A stretch of 64,000 nt of DNA from contig JAMCWJ010000094.1 in NCBI GenBank assembly GCA_023475105.1, forward strand, positions 20,724 to 84,723. The letters run 5' to 3'. Below are positions 19,370 to 28,008 of this stretch, piece after piece; position 1 is the first letter of the stretch; each line of letters begins with the position of its first letter. A program made the translations under genes and the position numbers. The notes below the pieces were generated by a model that was not told where the DNA came from, ran no database searches, and worked only from the letters and a program-made list of their open reading frames with translations. The stretch is from Nitrospirota bacterium (GTDB lineage: Bacteria > Nitrospirota > Thermodesulfovibrionia > Thermodesulfovibrionales > UBA9159).

Positions 19370-22300
19370 GAGGACGGAGACCCTTTCTCCCTCATACCTT
19401 CGGCCGCGCGTACCCTCGCATGGTCCGCTCCGAGCAGCATATACATCGCCGGCACTACAAACAGAGTAAAGAGAGTACCGATCGCAATACCCGTCATGAT
19501 AACCAGGCCCATGTTGAAGCGGCCGACTGCGCCCGCGCCGGAAGCGGTTACCAGCGGCACGACGCCCAGCACCATCGCCGCGGTAGTCATCAGGATCGGC
19601 CGCAGACGGATGGTGGATGCCGTCTCGACCGCCTCCCGCTTGCTCCTGCCCTCACGCTGGAGATCGTTCGCAAATTGCACGATCAGGATGCCGTGCTTGC
19701 TGATGAGACCGATGAGCGTCACCAGCCCCACTTCGGTGTAGATATTCAGGCTTGCGCCCCCGACACCGAGACTGATGAAGATCATCGCGCCGCAGATCGA
19801 CATGGGCACGCTCACGAGCACGATGAAGGGATCTCGGAAACTCTCGAACAGTGCAGCCAGGGCGAGAAAAATGATAATGAGAGCGAAGAAAAAGGTGACG
19901 ATCAGCGCGCTCGATTCCTGCGTATACTGTCGCGACTGGCCGCCATAATCTATGCTGTAACCCTGCGGGAGTACTTCCCCGGCTATGGTCTTGAGGGTGT
20001 TGAGGGCCTCGCCGAGGGTGACGCCCGGCACCGTAACGGCGGAGATCGTAGCCGAGTTGAGCTGTTGGAAATGGTTCAGCGACTCCGGCACCACGGTTGT
20101 CTTCAGACGAGCGACGGTAGAGACCGGCACCGGCACACCGTTTGCGGCAGTGATATAGTAGTTTTCCAATTGCGAGGCGTTGAGTCTATCGCGCTGCATC
20201 ACCTGAGGAATCACCTTATACGAGCGTCCGGCGATACTGAAGTAGTTGACATACCCCCCGCCCAGCATTGAACCCAGCGCGCTCCCGACGTCGCGCATCG
20301 TAAGACCGAGCTGCGATGCCTTATCACGATCGAACTCCACGGTCGTCTGAGGTTTGTCGATCTTGAGATCCTTGTCCATGTATGCGAACATGCCGCTCGC
20401 CCGCGCCCTGTCCATCAACACCTGAGACACCTCGTCCAGACGTTCATAGGAGTCGGTCGTGCCGATCACGAACTGCACCGGCAACCCCCTGCCTCCGCCG
20501 GGCAGCGGAGGCCGCAGGAACGCCACCACGCGCACACCTGAGATTTGGCCGAGCCTCCCCTGCACGTCCGGCTGAAGCGCCATCGATGTCCGCTTCCGCT
20601 CGTCCCAGGGTTTTAAGACCATACCGGCAATGCCCGAGTTCAGTCCGCTGATCCCGTCCAACTGGAACACGTGGTCCGTTTCCGGATAGCTGCTGACGAC
20701 ATCGTACACCTGCCTTGAATAGAGCTGTGTCTGCTGCAGTGTGGCGTCGGGCGCCCCGGTGAGGAGCGTGATCACAATCCCCTGGTCTTCGTCAGGTGCA
20801 AGCTCGTGTTTCGAGTTTGCGTAAAGGAAATAGATGCTGACGAGGATGATCACGGCGAACGCGGCAGTCACCGGCAGGTAGTTGAGGGCCCTATGAAGCA
20901 CTCTTCCATATCCGCTTCGCAAACGTCCGAACTGGCGATCGACAAAGTCGCCGAACCGGTGCGTACCGCCTCGTTCGAAGGGCTTGAGGAAGCGCGAGCA
21001 CATCATCGGCGACAGGGTGAGCGCGATGACCGCCGAAACGGCCACGGCGCCGGCCAGCGTGTATGCGAACTCCGTGAAGAGCGCGCCGGTGAGGCCGCCC
21101 ACAAAGCCGATCGGCACATAGACCGCGACGAGCACGACCGAGATCGCAACGATCGGTCCCGCAAGCTCGCGCGCTCCCCGAAGCGCCGCCTCAACGGGAG
21201 GCATGCCGTCCTCCATGTGGCGGTGCACGTTTTCAACCACGATAATCGCATCGTCGACGACAAGACCGATCGCAAGTACGAGCGACAGGAGCGTAAGCAG
21301 ATTAATGGAATAGCCGAGCCCGAGCATGATGAAGAACGCCCCGATCAGGGACAGTGGCATTGCAATCGTCGGAATAATCACCGAACGCACGGAACCCAGG
21401 GAAAGGAATATCACCGCGGTGACGATCAGCAATGCCTTGACGAGTGTGCCGATCACTTCGTCGATAGAGCTGTTCACATACTTCGTCGCATCATAGACCA
21501 TGCGTCCGCCGAGTCCTTCGGGCAACTGCTGCTCGATCGAGGGGAACACCCCGCGCACATTTCTGATCACCGTGAGCAGGTTGGCGTTCGGCGTCACCTT
21601 GATGCCGATATAAACGGCGCTCTTCCCATCGAAGGCGACGGAGGTGTCATAATCCTCGGCGCCGAGGGTCACGTTGGCGACATCCCCCAGCCGGACGATC
21701 GCTCCGTTCTGCGACTTGATTACGAGATTGCGGAATTCCTCTACCGAGTGCAGCCCTGTCGCAGCGGTGAGTTCCACTGTCACCATCTGTCCTTTGGTTC
21801 GCCCCACGGCCGAGATGAAGTCGTTGGCGGCAAGGGCATTGCTCACATACGTGCCGGTCACCCCGTAGGCTGCCATTTTCTTCGGGTCGAGCCATGCCCG
21901 CAGCGCGAACTGCTTTGCCCCGAGCACCTCAGCGGTCTGGACGCCCTCGACGGCCTGCAGTTTCGGCTGCACGACCCGGATGAGATAGTCCGTGATCTTG
22001 TTCGTCGGAAGCACATCGCTGTAAAAACCGATGTACATCGAATCGATCGTCTCCCCGATCGCCACGGTGATCACCGGCAGCTGCGACTCCCTCGGCAGTT
22101 GATTCAGCACGGCGTTCACCTTGGTGCTGATCTCTGTAAGCGCTTTGTTCGGGTCGTAGTTCAGACGCAGGTTCGCCTGGATCGTGCTTAAACCCTGCGT
22201 ACTCGATGAAGTGAGATAGTCGATCCCGTCGGCCTGGGCGATCGAGTTTTCGAGCGGGGTAGTGATGAAGCCTGCCACCAGTGCAGGGTCCGCACCATAA

Positions 22301-22452
22301 TAGACGGTCGAAATGGTCACGACGGCGTTCTGCGTCTCGGGAAACTCGCGGATCGGCAGCGATCTGATCGAACGCACGCCCAGCACCAGAATCAGCAGGC
22401 TGACGACGGTGGCAAGCACCGGACGCCGAATGAAGAGGTCCGTGAAATTCAT
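19366..22452 (-). CDS. RND efflux transporter permease (AcrB/MexW-like)
   Basis: FIRRPVLA, LAIGLVVDDAIIVVEN, GLISKHGILIV, RLRPILMTT. Confidence 0.95.
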   Translation of the reverse strand: MNFTDLFIRRPVLATVVSLLILVLGVRSIRSLPIREFPETQNAVVTISTVYYGADPALVAGFITTPLENSIAQADGIDYLTSSSTQGLSTIQANLRLNYDPNKALTEISTKVNAVLNQLPRESQLPVITVAIGETIDSMYIGFYSDVLPTNKITDYLIRVVQPKLQAVEGVQTAEVLGAKQFALRAWLDPKKMAAYGVTGTYVSNALAANDFISAVGRTKGQMVTVELTAATGLHSVEEFRNLVIKSQNGAIVRLGDVANVTLGAEDYDTSVAFDGKSAVYIGIKVTPNANLLTVIRNVRGVFPSIEQQLPEGLGGRMVYDATKYVNSSIDEVIGTLVKALLIVTAVIFLSLGSVRSVIIPTIAMPLSLIGAFFIMLGLGYSINLLTLLSLVLAIGLVVDDAIIVVENVHRHMEDGMPPVEAALRGARELAGPIVAISVVLVAVYVPIGFVGGLTGALFTEFAYTLAGAVAVSAVIALTLSPMMCSRFLKPFERGGTHRFGDFVDRQFGRLRSGYGRVLHRALNYLPVTAAFAVIILVSIYFLYANSKHELAPDEDQGIVITLLTGAPDATLQQTQLYSRQVYDVVSSYPETDHVFQLDGISGLNSGIAGMVLKPWDERKRTSMALQPDVQGRLGQISGVRVVAFLRPPLPGGGRGLPVQFVIGTTDSYERLDEVSQVLMDRARASGMFAYMDKDLKIDKPQTTVEFDRDKASQLGLTMRDVGSALGSMLGGGYVNYFSIAGRSYKVIPQVMQRDRLNASQLENYYITAANGVPVPVSTVARLKTTVVPESLNHFQQLNSATISAVTVPGVTLGEALNTLKTIAGEVLPQGYSIDYGGQSRQYTQESSALIVTFFFALIIIFLALAALFESFRDPFIVLVSVPMSICGAMIFISLGVGGASLNIYTEVGLVTLIGLISKHGILIVQFANDLQREGRSKREAVETASTIRLRPILMTTAAMVLGVVPLVTASGAGAVGRFNMGLVIMTGIAIGTLFTLFVVPAMYMLLGADHARVRAAEGMREKGSPSS

Positions 22453-22471
22453 GCCGGCACCCTTGCCGCCG

Positions 22472-23602
22472 TCACTCGTCCACCGGCCTGGGCGCGGCCT
22501 CGTTGGTCGGCGCAACCTGGTTGTTGATGATCACGGCGCTGCCGTTTTTGAGCTTGAGCTGGCCGCTCGTCACCACCGTATCGCCTTCCCTGATCCCCTT
22601 CAGAATAGCCACCTGGTCCCCCCTGGTGCCGCCTACGGTCACAAATGCCTGCCTGACTTTGAGGACCGGTTTGCCCCCGGGGCCTGTGCCGCCTTCCTCG
22701 ACGATGAAAACGGTCTCTCCGTAAGGATTGAACGTCACCGCGGTCTGTGGCAGCGTCAAATACCGCTTTGCCGCGCCTGCCTCGACTTCTATCGAGGCGA
22801 ACATGCCCGGAAACAGCTCGTGTTTTGGATTGCCGAACGTCGCCTCGACCTGAACGTTGCGCGTATCAGGGTCCACCTTCGGGTTAATCGAGGTTATCTT
22901 GCCGGCAAAGGTGCGCTCCGGATAGGTATCCGTGCTTGCGGCCGCCTTCTGTCTGAGGGCGATACGCGAAAGTTCCTGCTGGGGCAAATAGAAATCGACG
23001 TAGATCGGATCGAGCGCCTGCAGGGTGACGATCTTATCGCCCGCATTGATATACTGCCCGGGGTTGACCGTGCTGATGCCGAGCCGCCCCGCAAAAGGCG
23101 CACGGATCGTCTTTTTCTCCACCAGCGCGGCCTGCTGGGCGACCTGGGCCCGCTTGCTCTTGAGGTCGGCCGCGTCCGCATCGAGCGTCGCCTGGCTCAC
23201 CGCCTGCACGGCAAACTGTTTCTTGTCCCGCTCGTACACGGTCAGCGCCAATTCGGCCGAGGCCTCGAGCGATCGCAGCTGGGCGATATCCGAGTCGGCA
23301 TTGAGCTGCACCAGGACCTCACCTTCCTTCACCCCATCACCCGAAGCAAAATGCAGGGTTCGCACAAGACCGGCGATCTCAGTCGTCACATCCACCCCGC
23401 GCACGGCGCGAAGAGTCCCGACGGCCCTGAGCTGCTTCTGCCATGTCGCGTATTCCGCCTTCGTCGCGCTCACCGTCACCGGCGGCGCCTGCATCGAGGC
23501 CATCGATTTCTTCATCATCCGGCTCTTCAAGGCATGGTAACCGAAGATACCGCCGAACAGCAGGCCCATGGCCACCAGCATAATCACCATGCGCTTGATC
23601 AT
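22472..23602 (-). CDS. RND efflux periplasmic adaptor (MFP)
   Basis: N-terminal TM, IRAPFAG, GQYINAG, GQLKLKNG. Confidence 0.93.
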   Translation of the reverse strand: MIKRMVIMLVAMGLLFGGIFGYHALKSRMMKKSMASMQAPPVTVSATKAEYATWQKQLRAVGTLRAVRGVDVTTEIAGLVRTLHFASGDGVKEGEVLVQLNADSDIAQLRSLEASAELALTVYERDKKQFAVQAVSQATLDADAADLKSKRAQVAQQAALVEKKTIRAPFAGRLGISTVNPGQYINAGDKIVTLQALDPIYVDFYLPQQELSRIALRQKAAASTDTYPERTFAGKITSINPKVDPDTRNVQVEATFGNPKHELFPGMFASIEVEAGAAKRYLTLPQTAVTFNPYGETVFIVEEGGTGPGGKPVLKVRQAFVTVGGTRGDQVAILKGIREGDTVVTSGQLKLKNGSAVIINNQVAPTNEAAPRPVDE

Positions 23603-23647
23603 CCGAGTCTCCTCCCTTTCAGCGTGCGCATTATTGAGGGCATCTCC

Positions 23648-25174
23648 TCACTCCTTTTCAGTATTTGTCAGGGCATCGCCCTGCACTTCGCGATTCCACC
23701 ACCCGCCCCCGAGGGCCTGGAACAGGGCCGCAGTGTCGCTGAAACGCGCCGCCTCTGCCTGGACCAGCGTGATTCGCGTCTGCTGGTACTGGCGCTCGGC
23801 ATTGAGCAGAGAGAGATAGCTCACGGCCCCAAGCCGGAACTGTTTCCGCGTGAGGTCCAGAGAATCGCGGGCCGCAGCTTCAGCCTCCGCCTGAGCCTTC
23901 AGCGCACGAGCGTCCGTATCGAGTGCGCGCAACACATCGGCCACGTCTTGAAAAGCCTGCAAAACGGTTCCCTGATATTGCGCGGCTGCCTGGTCGTACG
24001 CGGCGACGGCGGCCTTGCGCTTTGCCGTCAGCTCCCCGCCGTGGAACACAGGCTGCAGCAATCCCGCGGCAAGACTCCAGATGCCCGTGCCGCCGGAAAA
24101 GAGATTGCCTGCCTTTGTCGTCTCCGACCCGAAATTGCCGGTGAGTGTGACCTGCGGATAGAGGTTTGCCGTAGCGACGCCGATCTGTGCGCTCGCGGCG
24201 TGCAGCAGCGCCTCCGAAGCCCGCAGATCAGGCCGCTGACGCACCAGCGACGAAGGCAGGCTGACCGGTAATTCCTGCGGCAACTTCATGGTCCCCAGAT
24301 CGAATTGCGGAAGCGTATCCGCCTCGCCGGGGAATATCCCGGTGAGCACCGCCAGCTGATGGCGCGTCAGTGCAAGCTCTTTTTCGAGGGGCGGCAGCGT
24401 CGCCCTCGTTTGGGCCAGCTGCGTGCGCTGCGCCAGCACGTCGGAAAGCGAAACACCGCCGAGCCTGAACTGCCCTTCGACCACTTCCAGCTGTTTTTCC
24501 TGAGCCGAGGCAATCTCCTCTGTCGCGCGTATCTGTGCGCGCAGCGAGGCTTCCTTTATCGCCGTAGTGACCACGTTCGAAGTCAGCGTAAGATACGCGG
24601 CTTCAACCAGGAAGCTCTGGTAGTCGACCTGCGCTTGGAGCGCTTCGAGGCCGCTCCGTATCCCGCCGAAGATATCGAGTGAGTACGATACATCCACGGA
24701 GGCGTTAAAGAGATTGAAGGTGCTCCCTCTGCCGCCGGTTTGGCCGAAGGCCGCGGGAGAGAACTTCTCGCGCGAAGCCGAGAGGTTTGCGTCTGCCCTG
24801 GGGTAGAGGAGTCCGGCTTGTGCGCGCACATTCTCCTGCGCCTGGCGCAGGGCGGCCTGCGCCGCAGCGACCGTCGGGCTGTCCGAAAGCGCCCGGTGGA
24901 TCAGCCGATCCAGTTCCTCTGAATGAAACAGCTCCCACCACCGGGCCGGAATCTCCCGTCCCGAAATAAAGCGTTGCGCCTCGCCTCCGTAGCCCGGCGC
25001 GGAAGCCGTCTCCTCAGGCAGTGCAGTCGGCGTGTACGTATTCGTGCGGGGGGCCTCAGGAGCGCGAAAACCAGGACCGACCATACATCCGGTAAGCCCC
25101 AAAGCAGCAACCCCAATGACCGCTATCACCACAAACATAACGCATCTTTTGTCATTCAAGGTCTTGTTCCTCAC
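23648..25174 (-). CDS. RND efflux outer membrane factor lipoprotein (NodT/OprM family)
   Basis: LTGCMVGP lipobox, WWELF, RPDLRASE, LFQALGGGWW. Confidence 0.93.
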   Translation of the reverse strand: MRNKTLNDKRCVMFVVIAVIGVAALGLTGCMVGPGFRAPEAPRTNTYTPTALPEETASAPGYGGEAQRFISGREIPARWWELFHSEELDRLIHRALSDSPTVAAAQAALRQAQENVRAQAGLLYPRADANLSASREKFSPAAFGQTGGRGSTFNLFNASVDVSYSLDIFGGIRSGLEALQAQVDYQSFLVEAAYLTLTSNVVTTAIKEASLRAQIRATEEIASAQEKQLEVVEGQFRLGGVSLSDVLAQRTQLAQTRATLPPLEKELALTRHQLAVLTGIFPGEADTLPQFDLGTMKLPQELPVSLPSSLVRQRPDLRASEALLHAASAQIGVATANLYPQVTLTGNFGSETTKAGNLFSGGTGIWSLAAGLLQPVFHGGELTAKRKAAVAAYDQAAAQYQGTVLQAFQDVADVLRALDTDARALKAQAEAEAAARDSLDLTRKQFRLGAVSYLSLLNAERQYQQTRITLVQAEAARFSDTAALFQALGGGWWNREVQGDALTNTEKE

Positions 25175-25376
25175 GTCTCGCCCAAACCTCCCAGTTCCGG
25201 TCCCGAGTTGTTGACAGGTGTGCTGCGCTATGCCCTGTCACGTCAGACTTTTCATTATAGCAGTTCTTTTGCCAGGGCACAAAAAGAAGGCAGGCAATCC
25301 GAAGCCGGGGAATGAAGATAATGCGCCTTTTGATTCTGAAACCACGTAGGCGGCGGTCTGCATGACTGTGGCGCCA

Positions 25377-25720
25377 TGAAAGCAGCGACCCTGTCCATCA
25401 CAGTGTAGGAGAATTTCGCCCCAGCTATGCCTGCAGCCACGATAGCGATGGGCGCGATGTCAGCCTTCCAGTACTCGGCGTCAGCAGTCAGCGAAGGCGA
25501 ATTAATCTCTCTGGCGATTCTCCTTTCGTATATGGCGAAAAGTACAATTGGAATCACAATCGCGAAGACGGCAAAGAGTGTCATCTCCAGGTTCCGTAAT
25601 GGACTGTCGGATGAAAGAACAGCTGTCTTTGCTATTTCGTAGGCGGAGAAAAATATGAGGACGGATGTGAGCACTGCGGCAAGGTTTTCGACCTTATAGA
25701 GCCCCCAGGGAAATTTATTC
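25377..25720 (-). pseudogene. Internal fragment of a cation diffusion facilitator (CDF) transporter
   Basis: KFPWGLYKVENLAA...SPSLTADA...D...DRVAAF; N- and C-termini missing. Confidence 0.7.
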
Positions 25721-25796
25721 TCCAGTCTCTCATCGTGAAGCGGCCGGACATTGATATCTCTTTGTCCGGTCAGAAAGGTTTCACAAGCAGTTTCCC

Positions 25797-25985
25797 TTAA
25801 ACTCCTTTCATACAATCTTCGCGCCAGAGGCAATGAGGTTGATTGCATTCATGACCGTATGGTGTTGCAAAGCACTCAGAATATCCTTCAACTTTCTGGA
25901 TTGCTCTGACAAGCTCAGTCTTTTTCAGCTTTCCAGCTTCAATCCCTTTCCTTTTTGCAATTTCTCTTATTTCCAACATTTTCAT
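25797..25985 (-). CDS. Small SAP/Rho-N-like domain protein with Cys-rich tail
   Basis: EIREIAKRKGI...KKTELVRAIQ..EG...CF...C.Q..CLWREDC; overlaps the USP stop. Confidence 0.75.
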   Translation of the reverse strand: MKMLEIREIAKRKGIEAGKLKKTELVRAIQKVEGYSECFATPYGHECNQPHCLWREDCMKGV

Positions 25986-26854
25986 CCCGTTACACCTCTC
26001 TCTCTTTCGGTTTGCTTCGCCTTGACAACCAGAACAGCGCAGGCCGCATGGCCAATGACCCTTTCCGTTGTGCTTCCCATGAGGAATCTTCGTAAGCCCG
26101 TTTCCCCGTACGTTCCCATAACTATCAAGTCGACAGCCCTGCCTCCTGTTGTCTCGACGATAACATCGGCAGGCTTGCCGACAGGTGTCAACGCTTCTAC
26201 CGGGATGCCGTCCTCTTGTGCCATTTCAACGAATCTGCCGACATTGGCCTTTGCTTTTTCCAGTTCTATGTCCAGGTTTGCAACAGAAACCGCAATGACA
26301 GTGCTTCCACAGCGTTTCGCAATTCCGAGCGCCTCCGAGGCTGCTGCTATGCTGTGCTCTGAACCATCCGTAGCAACAAGCAGCTTTCTGTACTCAATCC
26401 TTGCAGCCCTCGGAACAACTAAAACCTTGCAGGTCGCATGACCTATCACTTTTGCAGTCACGCTGCCCATCAACACCTTCATCAGTCCCGTTCGACCGCG
26501 TCTCCCTATGATTATCATATCAACCACTTTCTCGGCGGCCGCATCCACTATGGCCCGATAAGGATCATCTCCATGAAGAAGCGTGGTCTGGCAGTACAAT
26601 CCCTCTTGAGATACTCTCCTTTTTAAAGATTCAAGGTATCCTATTGCTTCTTCCTCTTCTTTCTGAAAAACATTGGCGCCGATAGTCTCATATTCGGGGT
26701 TTGTTTCCATGACCGAAACGATATGCAGGCTGCTCGAACACTTTTTTGCTAAGTTTATTGCCTCTCTTATCGCCCCTTCGCTAAATTCCGACCGGTCCGT
26801 TGCTATGAGTACTTTATCGACTCTTGATATAGGACAAAGCTGTGCTGAGCCCAT
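25982..26854 (-). CDS. Tandem-domain universal stress protein
   Basis: Two ATDxS...GxxG...MGS.T..VIGHA.C.VLVV units. Confidence 0.92.
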   Translation of the reverse strand: MGSAQLCPISRVDKVLIATDRSEFSEGAIREAINLAKKCSSSLHIVSVMETNPEYETIGANVFQKEEEEAIGYLESLKRRVSQEGLYCQTTLLHGDDPYRAIVDAAAEKVVDMIIIGRRGRTGLMKVLMGSVTAKVIGHATCKVLVVPRAARIEYRKLLVATDGSEHSIAAASEALGIAKRCGSTVIAVSVANLDIELEKAKANVGRFVEMAQEDGIPVEALTPVGKPADVIVETTGGRAVDLIVMGTYGETGLRRFLMGSTTERVIGHAACAVLVVKAKQTERERGVTG

Positions 26855-26906
26855 GAATTCTCCTTTCTTGAATGATCTGTCACATAAAGCTTTGCATGAA
26901 TAATAT

Positions 26907-26995
26907 TCATATCGGCGCCTCCTGAAACTTCTTGAACTTATTCCCCTGGACACCACATATAGGGCACCTGCCGGAGTCTTCCCAACAACAGTATG
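26907..26995 (-). pseudogene. Frameshifted rubredoxin-like C-terminal remnant (rubrerythrin-like)
   Basis: HTVVGKTP / CPICGVQGNKFKKF across a 1-nt frameshift. Confidence 0.5.
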
Positions 26996-27069
26996 AGCCG
27001 GGTTCTGTTTTGGTGACGAGATCGTTACTTATCATTGTCTCCTTTCTTCCTCCTTGTCATGTCTTTACA

Positions 27070-27230
27070 GCATAAGCTTGCTCCGAGCAGAGCGCCTGTG
27101 GCATAGCTGATGAAGAGACTGACAAGTGACTTCCTGAGCTCTTCTGGAAAGAATAAAAAAAGCGCGGCGCCGGCTACGGGCAGTGCACTTCCGGCGACCG
27201 GCAATAATGATCCATACGAGAAGCACGCCA
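27070..27230 (-). pseudogene. N-terminal fragment of a ZIP family metal transporter
   Basis: LFLFFPEELRKSLVSLFISYATGALLGA, then the similarity breaks off. Confidence 0.55.
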
Positions 27231-27264
27231 TTTGTGAGTGCCTAAGAAGTATGTCCATCTTTCA

Positions 27265-27720
27265 TTATCTTCTCCATCCGGCCCAGACGGGAAAACCATT
27301 CTCGTCTCTGAGTTTCAGTCTTTCGTCGCCTTTCTTCACTTCGGCAGCGATGATCACCGGTCTTCCATCGAAAGTTACCCTTGAACCCTTGATCTCGATT
27401 TTGTCCTTAGGCTCGATCTTCACATCCTGGTTCTCAATATACCATCCGGGCCCCAAATGCACGGATACCGTAGACTTTGCCGTCCTAACCATGAGGTGGA
27501 TACCGTAGTACATGCCTTTCATCGGCGTTATTTTATCTACGCTCACCACCTCACCGCTGATAGTTTCAACGGTTTTGGGATCAAACATTCTGGAGTATTG
27601 GGTGCCAGGCCCCCAGCCTCCACTGCCTTTCCATTTCATTCCTCTCTGTGCATAGGAATCGGTAACAAAAAGAAGGCCGAATGCAACCATAATTACCATC
27701 GCTGCAAAATACTTCTTCAC
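27265..27720 (-). CDS. Exported OB-fold-like hypothetical protein
   Basis: Signal peptide, FDPKTVETISGEV, VHLGPGWY, GSRV, LRDENGFPVW; GGAGG RBS before GTG. Confidence 0.75.
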   Translation of the reverse strand: MKKYFAAMVIMVAFGLLFVTDSYAQRGMKWKGSGGWGPGTQYSRMFDPKTVETISGEVVSVDKITPMKGMYYGIHLMVRTAKSTVSVHLGPGWYIENQDVKIEPKDKIEIKGSRVTFDGRPVIIAAEVKKGDERLKLRDENGFPVWAGWRR

Positions 27721-28008
27721 GCTGTCCTCCTTTCCATGTCTTTTTCCGGTTATTCGAATCCAATCGACTGATATGAGAATGAGCTGCTCTAAATTTACAA
27801 TTATCACATATCGCCGTTAATGTCAATGAAGTTCGGTTAATCAATCGGGCTTAATCAATCCAGGCCTGATCAAAAAGCAAGCATCCTCTTCAAAGCAGCC
27901 GGCAGGCGCCACTGCGGCAGGACTTGGGCTGAAGGAAGACCGGATGAAGGAGCAACTTTTTATTTTACGCTGCCGGGAAAAGAAGAGTAATCCCGGTTTT
28001 CTTCTTTT

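Noticed and set aside
22313-24271. 652-aa + strand ORF (also 20806..22191)
   Set aside because: Antisense to well-supported RND/MFP/OMF genes in GC-rich DNA.
25255-25848. 197-aa ORF as an intact gene
   Set aside because: Only the central part resembles a CDF transporter; the ends are unrelated sequence overlapping another gene, so it is treated as a fragment.
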